A stretch of DNA of 64,000 bases from contig DASRFR010000013.1 in assembly GCA_035651455.1 (NCBI GenBank), positions 29,741-93,740 of the forward strand. The letters run 5' to 3'. Shown here in pieces: positions 18,761 through 28,315 of this stretch. This DNA comes from Terriglobales bacterium. Lineage in GTDB: Bacteria > Acidobacteriota > Terriglobia > Terriglobales > Acidobacteriaceae. The notes under the pieces were generated by a model. That model had not been told where the DNA came from. It ran no database searches and worked only from the letters and a program-made list of their open reading frames with translations. The position numbers and the translations under genes were made by a program. Within the stretch, counting starts at the first letter, position 1. Every line of letters starts with the position of its first letter.

Positions 18761-19750
18761 ATGAAAGTGAAAGTTCGGTCATTCTCCAAGATCAATCTAG
18801 GGCTGCGCATTGGCCAGCGGCGCGGCGACGGCTTTCATGACCTGCTGACCGTATATCAAACCATCGCTCTGCACGATTTTTTGCAGGTGGAAGTCAAGCG
18901 CGGCTTCGGAATTGAAATTCGTTCTGGGGACCCGCGCGTTCCCACCGATGCTAGCAATACCTGCTACCGCATCGCGGAACTAGTAGTCGCTGCGCTGAAG
19001 GCGTCCGGTCGCGTGGTGATCGAAATTGAGAAGCATTTGCCGGTGCAGGGCGGCCTGGGCGGGGCATCAGGAAACGCTGTTACGGCAATGCTGGCCCTCG
19101 AGCGCGCGCTTGGTAAGCAACTGCCCGGGCCGGACAAGCTGAGGATTGCCGCAGAGGTGGGTTCAGACCTGCCCCTGTTTCTAGTAGGTGGCCTGGTGCT
19201 GGGAACGGGCCGCGGCGAGCAGGTATATCCATTGTGCGATACGCCGTCCATGCCATGCGTGGTCGCCATCCCTGAGATTAGCGTTTCGACCCCGAAGGCA
19301 TTTGGCGATTGGGATGGCATAGCCGCCGCCCGTAAATTGACGCTCTCACGTGGCTCCGATAGAATGTTGGAGTTCGGCCGTGAGGTTTCTGCGTGGCTGA
19401 GCGGTTTGCCCGGGCAAAATCCGGGGCGGCCGTTATCCGGTGTCCCTGCAAGTGGCAGGGGCCGGGCCGAGAGCCCACTTCTCGACCTCGTCCAGACCGG
19501 GATCGAAAACGACTTCGAGCAGGTCGTCTTTCCCAAGTATCCCGAATTGCGCGAGATCAAGTGTCTGCTACAGCAGTCCGGCGCAGCCTACGCGTCTCTG
19601 TCCGGCTCTGGATCGGCGGTATATGGTCTTTTTCGGAGCCCATCTGCGGCGAAAAAGGCCCAGGCTAAGTTACTGAAGAACGGAGTTGGGGCGCAGCTTA
19701 CGAGTACCCTGACGCGGCGGCAGTACTGGACTCGACTTTTTGATTGTTGA
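18761..19750 (+). CDS. ispE: 4-(cytidine 5'-diphospho)-2-C-methyl-D-erythritol kinase
   Basis: It has KINLGLRI...GDGFHDL and the GHMP kinase motif PVQGGLGGASGNA. The ispE-prs-ctc-pth order is conserved. Confidence 0.85.
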   Translation: MKVKVRSFSKINLGLRIGQRRGDGFHDLLTVYQTIALHDFLQVEVKRGFGIEIRSGDPRVPTDASNTCYRIAELVVAALKASGRVVIEIEKHLPVQGGLGGASGNAVTAMLALERALGKQLPGPDKLRIAAEVGSDLPLFLVGGLVLGTGRGEQVYPLCDTPSMPCVVAIPEISVSTPKAFGDWDGIAAARKLTLSRGSDRMLEFGREVSAWLSGLPGQNPGRPLSGVPASGRGRAESPLLDLVQTGIENDFEQVVFPKYPELREIKCLLQQSGAAYASLSGSGSAVYGLFRSPSAAKKAQAKLLKNGVGAQLTSTLTRRQYWTRLFDC

Positions 19751-19811
19751 TTTTGAATTGTTGATTGAAAATCATGGCGCTTGGCAATCAACCATTGAAA
19801 GTCAACTTTGT

Positions 19812-19885
19812 TGGGCCGTCGACTAATGGTAGGTCAAGTGCCTTTGGAGCACTTTGTCTAGGTTCGAATCCTAGCGGCCCAGCCA
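19812..19885 (+). tRNA. tRNA-Gln (anticodon TTG)
   Basis: Folded by hand. The acceptor stem is TGGGCCG/CGGCCCA. The anticodon stem AGTGC/GCACT carries the loop CTTTGGA. The T-arm is GGTTCGAATCC, and the 3' CCA is encoded. Confidence 0.85.
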
Positions 19886-19972
19886 GAAAACTGTCGCCCG
19901 TAAGCGTGAGTCGAAGTCAGCGCGTCAGGTAGTCGCCGTGAACGTAGTCAACCAGCTACGGAGAAGAGCCCC

Positions 19973-21022
19973 ATGGCAACTTTGGCAACAGCGACCGAGA
20001 AACCGTTAGTTGCTCCGGCCGAAAAGAAAACTCCGCCGGGCAGCGATGAAAAGCCGGAACGCAAGCCGCAGCGCAGCCGCGTGGACGATAAGTTCAAGAT
20101 CTTTTGCGGCACCGCCAATGTGGCTCTCGCCGACGAGGTCTGTAGCTTCCTCGGCTTAACGCGCGGACAGGCGTTGCTCACGCGCTTTGCCGATGGCGAG
20201 GCCTACGTTCAGCTGCAGGAGAACGTTCGCGGCGCCGACGTGTTCGTGATGCAGCCCACGTGCCGCCGCGTCGACGAGCACCTGATGGAGCTGTTGCTGA
20301 TGATCGACGCGCTGAAACGCGCGTCGGCCAGGCGCATCACGGCGGTAATCCCATATTTTGGGTATGCCCGCCAGGATCGCAAGGACAAACCGCGTGTGCC
20401 CATCTCGTCGAAGCTGGTCGCTGACCTGTTGACGACGGCCGGTGCGCACCGGGCGCTGATCGTGGACTTGCATGCGCCGCAGTTGCAGGGATTTTTCAAT
20501 ATTCCGGTGGACCACCTCTTTGCCTCGCCGGTGCTGGTGGACCACTTCAAGAAGATGAACTTGCCCAATCTGACGGTAGTTTCGCCTGATGCCGGCGGCG
20601 TGGAGCGGGCGCGGTTCTTTGCCAAGAAGATGGATGCGGCGCTGGCCATTGTCGATAAGCGGCGAGTGGAAATGAATGTGGCCGAAGTCATGCACGTTAT
20701 TGGTGACGTGCACGGGCGAACTTGTCTGGTAATTGACGACCTCATCGATACTGCGGGCACGCTGGTGAAGACGGCCAATGCCCTCATCGAGAGTGGCGCG
20801 GCCAGCGTCTATGCCTGCGCTTCGCACCCGGTACTTTCTCCGCCGGCCGTGGAGAACATTGCCAAATCGCAGATTACTGAAGTCGTGGTCACCAACACTA
20901 TTCCGCTGACGGATGATGCCAAGGCGGAGCCGAAGATCAAGGTGCTGTCGATTGCCGGCCTGATTGGACGGGCTATCCAGTCGATTCACGAAGAGACCTC
21001 GGTGAGCAAATTATTTCTGTAG
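19973..21022 (+). CDS. prs: ribose-phosphate pyrophosphokinase
   Basis: It has KIFCGTAN..., YFGYARQDRK and the PRPP loop VIDDLIDTAGT. The ATG at 19973 has a GGAG 9 nt upstream and gives a K/P/E-rich leader of about 36 aa. A GTG at 20081 is an alternative start. Confidence 0.9.
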   Translation: MATLATATEKPLVAPAEKKTPPGSDEKPERKPQRSRVDDKFKIFCGTANVALADEVCSFLGLTRGQALLTRFADGEAYVQLQENVRGADVFVMQPTCRRVDEHLMELLLMIDALKRASARRITAVIPYFGYARQDRKDKPRVPISSKLVADLLTTAGAHRALIVDLHAPQLQGFFNIPVDHLFASPVLVDHFKKMNLPNLTVVSPDAGGVERARFFAKKMDAALAIVDKRRVEMNVAEVMHVIGDVHGRTCLVIDDLIDTAGTLVKTANALIESGAASVYACASHPVLSPPAVENIAKSQITEVVVTNTIPLTDDAKAEPKIKVLSIAGLIGRAIQSIHEETSVSKLFL

Positions 21023-21037
21023 GACAGGAATTAAATT

Positions 21038-21751
21038 ATGGCGACAGCAACAGAAACCAATCTGGAAGCGCAACCTCGGGTTGCGGGTACTAAGAATGAG
21101 GCGCGTCGAGTGCGCCGCGGCGGCAAGATCCCGGCGGTCGTATACGGCGCCGGGAAGAGCGCGTCTCCCGTCACCGTCGATCCCCGCCAGGTGCTCCGGA
21201 TTCTTCACTCCGAAACCGGTCACAACACCATTTTCGATCTCTCGCTCGACGGCGAGCGCACCAAGGCAATGATTGTCGACTGGCAGTTCGAGCCCATCAA
21301 GGGCCACCTGCTGCACATCGACTTGAAGCGCATTGCCATGGACCAGACCCTCACCGTCATGGTGCCGATCGAGCTCAAGGGCGAACCTGCCGGCGTGAAA
21401 CAGCAGGGTGGATTGCTTGAGCAGATGTTGCGCGAGGTCGAAATTGAGTGTCTGCCGGGCGACATTCCCAGCTTTATCGAACTCGATGTCACCGAACTGG
21501 TATTCGGCAAAGTTTTGCGCGTAGCTGATCTGCCCCGCAACGAGAAGCTGACTTATCTCACGGACGAGAATCAGCCGGTTGCGCACATCACTTCGGTGAA
21601 AGAGGAAGTGGCGGCTACTCCGGAGGCTGCGGCTGCAGAAGCCGCGACCGGTCCGGCAGAGCCCGAGGTCATCAAGAAAGGCAAGCAGGAGACCGAGGAA
21701 GGTGCTGCCGAGGCTGCCCCCGAGAAGCCGGAGAAAAAAGAGAAGAAGTAG
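21038..21751 (+). CDS. rplY: 50S ribosomal protein L25 / general stress protein Ctc (long form)
   Basis: R(R)GGKIPAVVYG lies near the N-terminus, and the C-terminal tail is acidic and Lys-rich. It sits between prs and pth. Confidence 0.85.
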   Translation: MATATETNLEAQPRVAGTKNEARRVRRGGKIPAVVYGAGKSASPVTVDPRQVLRILHSETGHNTIFDLSLDGERTKAMIVDWQFEPIKGHLLHIDLKRIAMDQTLTVMVPIELKGEPAGVKQQGGLLEQMLREVEIECLPGDIPSFIELDVTELVFGKVLRVADLPRNEKLTYLTDENQPVAHITSVKEEVAATPEAAAAEAATGPAEPEVIKKGKQETEEGAAEAAPEKPEKKEKK

Positions 21752-21878
21752 GGACAATGGCGGCCGCTTGTGTGTAGCCTGGGAATGCTCAGTTCGTTTT
21801 TCCAAGCGGCGACCGGATATGAACCACACGAACTTGTTGTGCAGCTGTAGCTGAGAGCCAGAAGCTAAGAGCTACTTC

Positions 21879-22466
21879 GTGAAACTGATCGTCGGACTGG
21901 GCAATCCCGGAATCGAGTACCAGTTCACGCCGCACAACCTGGGTTTTCTGGCGATCGACCGCCTGGCCAACGATCTCGGTGTGGAGGTTCGAAACCGGCA
22001 GTGCCGGGCGCTGACGGCCAGGACGGTTATCGCGGAGCAGCAGGTCCTGCTGGCCAAGCCGGAGACGTTCATGAACTTGAGCGGCCTCTCGGTGCGGGAG
22101 CTTGTCACTAAGTACGAGATTGATCCGGTCACTGACCTGATCCTGATTTACGACGAGTTGGACCTGCCCCTGGGGATGATCCGCGTGCGCCCGCGCGGCA
22201 GCTCGGCTGGGCACAACGGCATGGAGTCGGTGATGGGGGCCCTCGGAACCCAGGAGTTTCTGCGGATTCGCTTGGGCATCGCGCCAGATCGCAAGGTCGG
22301 CGATAGCGTCAAATTCGTGCTGACGCCGTTTCGCAGGCGGGATCTGGACACGGTCGGCGAGGTGCTCGACCGCGCGGTCGAAGCGGTCAGGGTGATCCTG
22401 ACGGAAGGCCCGGCGGCGGCCATGAATCGCTTTAACCGCAAGCTGGAAAAAGAAGAGGAAAGTTAG
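21879..22466 (+). CDS. pth: peptidyl-tRNA hydrolase
   Basis: GTG start. It has MKLIVGLGNPG...TPHNLGF... and ...GHNGM.S. Confidence 0.9.
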   Translation: MKLIVGLGNPGIEYQFTPHNLGFLAIDRLANDLGVEVRNRQCRALTARTVIAEQQVLLAKPETFMNLSGLSVRELVTKYEIDPVTDLILIYDELDLPLGMIRVRPRGSSAGHNGMESVMGALGTQEFLRIRLGIAPDRKVGDSVKFVLTPFRRRDLDTVGEVLDRAVEAVRVILTEGPAAAMNRFNRKLEKEEES

Positions 22467-22543
22467 TACTGACCACACATTTCCCGATTCAGCGCATGAC
22501 GCGTTGTGCTCGAGCGGTGACGTGGCAAGAATTGGAGAGCTGA

Positions 22544-22939
22544 ATGAATCGTACTTATGAACTGATGTTTATCGTTCGCCCCGACATGGTGGAAGAGGAC
22601 CTGGATAAGCTGATTTCGACTTTGGAATCCCAGGTTACGACTTCCGGCGGCACCGTAAAGAATGTGGAGCGCATGGGCAAGCGCCGCCTGGCCTACGTAG
22701 TCCGCCGGTTCGCGGACGGTATGTACATCCTTCTTACCGTGGAAGGCAGCGGTGACATGATCCACGAGCTGGAACGCCGGTTGCGCGTGACCGAGCCGGT
22801 GATCAAGTTCCTCACGGTTCGCACTGACGAAGAAGACAAGCGCCTCGACAAGATCAAAAAGATCCGCGAGTCGCGAAAGAAAGCTCCGCCCGCTGCTCCC
22901 GTGGAGACTGGTGGCGAGGGCGCGGCAGTGACGGCGTAA
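22544..22939 (+). CDS. rpsF: 30S ribosomal protein S6
   Basis: MNRTYELMFIVRPD...G.RRLAY is canonical S6. Confidence 0.9.
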   Translation: MNRTYELMFIVRPDMVEEDLDKLISTLESQVTTSGGTVKNVERMGKRRLAYVVRRFADGMYILLTVEGSGDMIHELERRLRVTEPVIKFLTVRTDEEDKRLDKIKKIRESRKKAPPAAPVETGGEGAAVTA

Positions 22940-23026
22940 GCGCCGATCTTCGCGGAAACATGAACCGCCAGCTAGCGACTAACGATTGAGAGCTAACGGC
23001 ATATAGCGGAATTTCTAAGGAGCATC

Positions 23027-23413
23027 ATGGCAGACGAGACAAGAACGACAACGGCAGAAGCACCCGCCAGCACAGAACGCAGCGATCGGCCTGAACGGCC
23101 AGAGCGCCCCGCGGAACGGTCCGGGGATCGCAGCGGCGATCGACGCGGGCCCCGTCCGGGAGGTCCGGGCGGGCGCGGAGACGGCGGGCGTAAATACTTC
23201 CGCCGGAAAAAAGTTTGTAAATTCTGCGTGGAGAAGATTGAGGCCATCAACTACAAGGACGTTCGCCTGCTCGCGCAATTCGTCGCCGAAAGCGGCAAAA
23301 TCGTGCCGCGACGCCTGACTGGAGTCTGTACTCCGCACCAGCGTCGCCTTTCGACGGCCATCAAGCAGGCGCGCAATATCGCCCTGCTGCCCTTCGCTGG
23401 ACGCGCGTCCTAA
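23027..23413 (+). CDS. rpsR: 30S ribosomal protein S18 with an Arg/Pro/Gly/Asp-rich N-terminal extension of about 50 aa
   Basis: The core is [38 protein letters not shown], preceded by AAGGAG. The N-terminus is ...[34 protein letters not shown]. Confidence 0.9.
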   Translation: MADETRTTTAEAPASTERSDRPERPERPAERSGDRSGDRRGPRPGGPGGRGDGGRKYFRRKKVCKFCVEKIEAINYKDVRLLAQFVAESGKIVPRRLTGVCTPHQRRLSTAIKQARNIALLPFAGRAS

Positions 23414-23504
23414 GAATAGCAAGCCGGCGGTTCGCAGCGTCGTCGCATATGTGTGATGAGCCGCGTGCATCCCTGGTCCAGATCTCAACAATGGAGTTAT
23501 GACA

Positions 23505-23963
23505 ATGGAAGTCATCCTGAAAGAAGATGTCCCCAAGCTGGGCACGCGCGGCGAGGTGGTCAAAGTCGCCGAGGGCTACGGCCGTAATTTCCTGCTGCCC
23601 AAAAAGCTGGCGATCGAGGCCAGCGCCGCAAATAAGGCAGTGATCGAGCAGATGAAGGCCGCCGCGGTGCGCCGGTCTGCCAAAGAAAAAGCCCAGGCGG
23701 AAGAACTGTCGAAGCAGTTTGACGGGCTCTCCGTCGGCTTCCAGCGCAGGGCCGGAGAGCACGAGCAGTTATTCGGATCCGTGACCTCGTCCGACATCGC
23801 GGACGCCTTGGAGCGCAAAGGCTTCAACATTGATCGCCGCAAGATTCAGTTGCATGAACCGTTGAAGACGCTCGGCGAGTTTACGATTCCGGTTAAGCTG
23901 CATCGCGAGGTCACCACGCACCTCAAAGTAGTCATCGAAAAAGAAGCAGTTCCGGCAGAGTAG
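23505..23963 (+). CDS. rplI: 50S ribosomal protein L9
   Basis: MEVILKEDVPKLGTRGEVVKVAEGYGRNFLLP. The second ATG (23505) has better spacing from GGAG than the ORF-track ATG at 23499. Confidence 0.9.
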   Translation: MEVILKEDVPKLGTRGEVVKVAEGYGRNFLLPKKLAIEASAANKAVIEQMKAAAVRRSAKEKAQAEELSKQFDGLSVGFQRRAGEHEQLFGSVTSSDIADALERKGFNIDRRKIQLHEPLKTLGEFTIPVKLHREVTTHLKVVIEKEAVPAE

Positions 23964-23972
23964 ATCAACTTT

Positions 23973-24021
23973 AGCCGCGGATCGCCTGCAGCTTTCCCTT
24001 GAAGCTTCGCCCTCCGCGGCT
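23973..24021. terminator. nested inverted repeat between convergent rplI and the aldo/keto reductase gene
   Basis: AGCCGCGGA ... TCCGCGGCT form 9-bp arms that enclose AGCTT/AAGCT. There is no clear T-tract. Confidence 0.35.
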
Positions 24022-24024
24022 TTC

Positions 24025-25017
24025 CTATTGGTTGACCGCCCGCATCATCTCTTCCGGATAGCGGGGCCCTGCCGCCTGCGGTATGACCTCATCGATGCGG
24101 CTCAACTCCTCGGGTGTGAGCGTCACATCCACTGCGGTAATATTCTCTTCCAGATATTTCCTGCGCTTGGTGCCGGGGATGGGCACGATATCTTCTCCCT
24201 GCGCCAGCACCCACGCGAGCGCGAGTTGTGAAGGCGTACAGCCCTTTTGCTTAGCAATGTCCTCCACCCGCCGTACCAGTTCGAGGTTCGTGCGGAAGTT
24301 CTCTCCCTGGAAGCGCGGCGAGTACCGCCTGTAATCCTCTGCGTCAAAGTCCTGCTCGCTTTTGAATCGTCCCGTGAGAAAGCCGCGCCCTAACGGACTG
24401 TAAGCTACAAACCCGATGCCAAGCTCGCGGCAAGTCGGGAGAACCTGTTCCTCCGGATCGCGCGTCCATAGGGAATATTCAGTCTGCAGCGCGGTAATCG
24501 GGTGCACCTTGCTGGCGCGGCGCAGCGTTTGCGGACTCGCTTCCGACAGTCCGATGTGCCGGATCTTCCCTTCCTTCACCAAGTCCGCCATGGCCCGAAC
24601 CGTGTCTTCGATCGGCGTGTTCGGATCGACCCGGTGCTGGTAGTACAGATCGATGTAATCGACACCCAGCCGCTTCAGGCTTGCCTCGCAAGATTTGCGC
24701 ACGTAATCGGGCTTGCCGTTGATACTCCGAGCGTTTGGATTATTCGGATCCCGCACGATTCCGAACTTGGTGGCAATCACCAGCTTCTCGCGCGCGTATT
24801 GCCGGATGGCTTTGCCGACCAGTTCTTCGTTTTTGTATGGGCCGTAAACATCCGCGGTGTCGAGGAAGGTTGTGCCCAATTCGATTGCCCGGTGGATGGT
24901 CGCGATCGACTCCTCATCGTCGCGGCCGCTGTAAAACTCAGACATTCCCATGCAGCCCAGACCGAGTGCGGAAACTTTCAGGCCGCTGCCTCCTAGCTCA
25001 CGAAGTTTCATTGACAT
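24025..25017 (-). CDS. aldo/keto reductase
   Basis: 330 aa. It has LGLGCMGMS..., FLDTADVYG and IGLSE, typical of the AKR11/13-like family. Confidence 0.85.
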   Translation of the reverse strand: MSMKLRELGGSGLKVSALGLGCMGMSEFYSGRDDEESIATIHRAIELGTTFLDTADVYGPYKNEELVGKAIRQYAREKLVIATKFGIVRDPNNPNARSINGKPDYVRKSCEASLKRLGVDYIDLYYQHRVDPNTPIEDTVRAMADLVKEGKIRHIGLSEASPQTLRRASKVHPITALQTEYSLWTRDPEEQVLPTCRELGIGFVAYSPLGRGFLTGRFKSEQDFDAEDYRRYSPRFQGENFRTNLELVRRVEDIAKQKGCTPSQLALAWVLAQGEDIVPIPGTKRRKYLEENITAVDVTLTPEELSRIDEVIPQAAGPRYPEEMMRAVNQ

Positions 25018-25121
25018 GCTCCTGGCTGAAATGAGGCCGAAATGAGAGCGGACCGCGAGGTAGCGCGCGATACCCAGCTATAGATGCCAAAATCGGAGCG
25101 CAGTTGCGAACAGCCGCACGC

Positions 25122-26204
25122 TTAAACGGTGACTTCGATCAGCGGTTTGGTTTTTGCCAGCACTTCGCCAATGACAACGCCGGGTACTCCCGCGTTGTTA
25201 AGAGAGTTGGTGAGTTCCTTCCCACGCTCGTAGCCGGCGGAGATGAATAAGCCTCCCGCAGTCTGCGGGTCGAACAGCAAAGTTTTTACTTCTTCCGGAA
25301 CGCCGCTCCCGTACTCGACTACGCACTCGGCAAATTCACGATTGGCATTCAGGCCTCCCGGAATGTACCTGGCACGAACACAGTCGAGCGCCCCCTCGAG
25401 CACGGGAATTCGGCTGGCGTGAAGACGCAGGCTCACGTTCGATGCGAGGGCCATCTCTCGCGCGTGGCCTATCAGTCCAAAACCGGTGATGTCGGTAAGC
25501 GCGTGAACCTCGGAAAGCTTCTTAGTTTTTGCTGATTGATTGGCGACCTCACCCGTGATGACGTCGGCCGCAGTTTTATTCAGTGTTGTCATTGATGCGA
25601 TTGCGGCATCGATCCACGATTGCTTCGCCGTGTTCTTCTTGATCGCGGTCGAGATCACGCCCGTTCCGAGTGCCTTCGTTAGAATCAGAAGGTCCCCGGG
25701 CTTCGCGCCGGTGTTGGCCAGCACGCGTTGCGGATGAATCGTTCCCGTCACCGAATAGCCAAACTTGGTCTCATCATCGCGAATGCTGTGGCCGCCCACC
25801 ACGGTGCATCCCGCCTCCATCATCTTCGACAGCCCTCCCGCCAGGATGCGCTCCAAAATTTCCAGATCGCCTTTTTCCGGAAAGCACACAAGCGCCAGCG
25901 CGGTGAGCGGCCGTCCACCCATGGCATAAATGTCGCTCAACGAGTTGGTCGCCGCAATCTGCCCGAAGGTGTACGGATCGTCCACGATTGGCGTGAAGAA
26001 ATCCACCGTTTGCACCAGCGCGGTGTCTGCTGAAATTTGATACACGCCGGCGTCGTCGGCATGATCGAACCCGACTAGAACGTTTGGGTCATGTTGCCGG
26101 GCTAATTTCCCAAGCACCGCGTCCAGCGCCGCCGGACTCAGCTTGGACGCTCAACCCGCAGCTTTCACCGACTCCGTCAATCGAAATGGACGAACCTCAG
26201 GCAT
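25122..26204 (-). CDS. selD: selenide, water dikinase (selenophosphate synthetase) with an in-frame TGA read as selenocysteine at codon 18
   Basis: The ORF track stops at 26117. The same frame continues upstream through TGA (26151..26153) to the ATG at 26204. The N-terminus MPEVRPFRLTESVKAAG-U-ASKLSP aligns with the SelD loop G-C-G-C-K-I-S-P. The rest is the AIR-synthase-like SelD body. Confidence 0.8.
26119..26150 (-). promoter_or_regulatory. candidate bacterial SECIS hairpin immediately 3' of the selD UGA
   Basis: The mRNA reads UGA-GCGUCCA-N18-UGGACGC, a 7-bp inverted repeat. I did not compute the fold. Confidence 0.4.
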
Positions 26205-26304
26205 GGCAAACATTGTAATGGAGCAGCGCGCTTCGAAGGCTGAAGTAGCCGACGCCTCTCAAGAGGTGGTTTGAGTACGATACTTTAATGAGTGGAATTG
26301 GCGA

Positions 26305-26811
26305 TCACTTTACATTCACATCCGTAACCCGCAGCTCCGGATATTGCTGATTCCAATCAGTGGTGACGTGCTCGAAGGTAAGGCGGAAAGGCTTGCTTTG
26401 CCCAGGAGGCAACGGCGCTTGCGTCAGGTCGACGGCGTCAGTGTAGGGCCCGGTGGGTTGCAGGACGTGCAGGGGTACGTCTTCCGCCTGGGCAATCTCG
26501 CCCAGGGAATTCTTGAATACCACATGCACAGTGGCATGCGTTAATGTTTTATCGCCGGCATTCGTAATCGTTCCATCGATGTAGGTCACGCTCGCGCCGA
26601 CAAAGTTTTCCGCGGCGCTCATCTTGATATCTGAAAGTTTCACGTTAGCCGCGTAAGGATGCGGCGCATTGCTATTCCTGGGCGCTCCGCGCGACAGCAG
26701 CGCAATGGCCGCGATCACCGCGATTACGATCGCTACGCCGATGCCAATCGCCACCCAGTTGCTGTCACGCTCTGGAGTAGACGTTGGCGATGGCTCAATG
26801 AAGCCGCCCAT
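26305..26811 (-). CDS. single-pass membrane-anchored hypothetical protein
   Basis: 168 aa with one TM segment (WVAIGIGVAIVIAVIAAIALL), followed by a beta-rich soluble domain. Confidence 0.5.
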   Translation of the reverse strand: MGGFIEPSPTSTPERDSNWVAIGIGVAIVIAVIAAIALLSRGAPRNSNAPHPYAANVKLSDIKMSAAENFVGASVTYIDGTITNAGDKTLTHATVHVVFKNSLGEIAQAEDVPLHVLQPTGPYTDAVDLTQAPLPPGQSKPFRLTFEHVTTDWNQQYPELRVTDVNVK

Positions 26812-26911
26812 GCTGGCATTCTACGACGGATTGTTGCTGGGAACGATGATGGAAAAATTAGAGGCGACAGGCATCCACTGGCATTATTCCAGCCCTGAAC
26901 TGCAATCGGAG

Positions 26912-28315
26912 CTACTCGCCGCCAACCGTCAGCCCATCGATGCGGATGGTAGGAGACGCGATGGCGCCGCGAAATTCCAGGTCGTTGCCGACTTCGGAAA
27001 TATTGAAGAACATGTCCTTCAGATTGCCGGCTACCGTGATCTCCTCAACGGGGAATGTGAGTTCTCCGCCCGAAATCCACAGACCAGACGCGCCCCGCGA
27101 GTAGTCACCGGTGACCAGGTTGACTCCGTGCCCGAGAAATTCGGTCACGTAGAGCCCTTCCTTGATGCTGCCCATAATTTCTTTCGGGCTCTTCGTGCCA
27201 GGCTGCAAGAAGTAATTTCCCGGACCAATTCCTGGCGTGCCCGCCAGTCCTCGCGAAGCATTGCCTGTGGTTTGCAGGCCAAGTTTTTTCGCGGTGTAGG
27301 TATTCAGCAGATATGATTTCAGTACCCCATTGTCAATGACGAGGGTCCGGCGCGTGGGAATACCCTCTCCATCGAACGGGCTAGTCCCGAAGCCGCCGAC
27401 CAGCGTGCCGTCATCAATTACCGTCAGGTTATCGCCGGCAATCTTCTGCCCCAACTTGCCTGCCAGGAATGACGCTCCACGATAGACAGAGTCGCCGTTC
27501 ACCCCTTCAAAAATGTGTTCGAGTATTGAAGCAGCCACCAGGGGGTCGAACACGACCGGCACGTGAGCAGTTTTGACCTTGCGGGCGCCCAGACGCCGGA
27601 GCGTCCGTTCAGCCGCGATTTTGCCGACCTTCTCCGGCGTGTCGAGGCGCCCAAAGCTGCGCGCGACAGAGAACCAGTAATCACGCTGCATGGCGCCTTC
27701 GTCCGATTGGGCGATAGGCACAGCAGCCACCGAGCAGTACGAGCGCCGGTACTCGCCGACAAATCCGTGGGAGTTCGCCAGCACTTTGCGTCCTGTGGCG
27801 GCGTCGAAAGATCCACCTTCCGAGTTCTTGATGCGAGGATCGACGTCGAGCGCTGCCTTCTCCGCCCTGCGCGCATACTCAATGCGTTCCGGCCCGGGCA
27901 GCGAGTAAACATCCTCGTGATAAAGATCCAGATCGCCATTTAAAGCCCCGAGTTGTGATGGCTCGGGTATACCGCCGAATGGATCTTCCGAGGTTAGTTT
28001 CGAAAGCTCCAGCGCTGATTTCACCATGCGGTCGAGGGACTCGGCAGAAAAATCGCTGGAATAGGTGCTGGCGGCGCGTTTGCCGGAGAAGACGCGCACG
28101 CCGATCGCCCGCGAACCCGCTTCTTTCAGGGTTTCAACCTGTCCCAGGCGCACCACGGTTGAGAATTCGTCACCTTCGCGCACCACGGCTTCGGCCGCAG
28201 TCGCGCCGCCCTGCATGGCCCGGCGAACGACGTCAGCGGCAATCTCTTTCAGATCGGTCTGGATTTTTGGAGTTTCAAGAGTTGTGTTGGACATGAAAAG
28301 ATTTTTGATTCCCAT
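26912..28315 (-). CDS. pmbA: TldD/PmbA family metalloprotease, PmbA (TldE) type
   Basis: It has family-typical sequence throughout. Its ATG overlaps the tldD stop as TAATG, which suggests translational coupling. Confidence 0.85.
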   Translation of the reverse strand: MGIKNLFMSNTTLETPKIQTDLKEIAADVVRRAMQGGATAAEAVVREGDEFSTVVRLGQVETLKEAGSRAIGVRVFSGKRAASTYSSDFSAESLDRMVKSALELSKLTSEDPFGGIPEPSQLGALNGDLDLYHEDVYSLPGPERIEYARRAEKAALDVDPRIKNSEGGSFDAATGRKVLANSHGFVGEYRRSYCSVAAVPIAQSDEGAMQRDYWFSVARSFGRLDTPEKVGKIAAERTLRRLGARKVKTAHVPVVFDPLVAASILEHIFEGVNGDSVYRGASFLAGKLGQKIAGDNLTVIDDGTLVGGFGTSPFDGEGIPTRRTLVIDNGVLKSYLLNTYTAKKLGLQTTGNASRGLAGTPGIGPGNYFLQPGTKSPKEIMGSIKEGLYVTEFLGHGVNLVTGDYSRGASGLWISGGELTFPVEEITVAGNLKDMFFNISEVGNDLEFRGAIASPTIRIDGLTVGGE

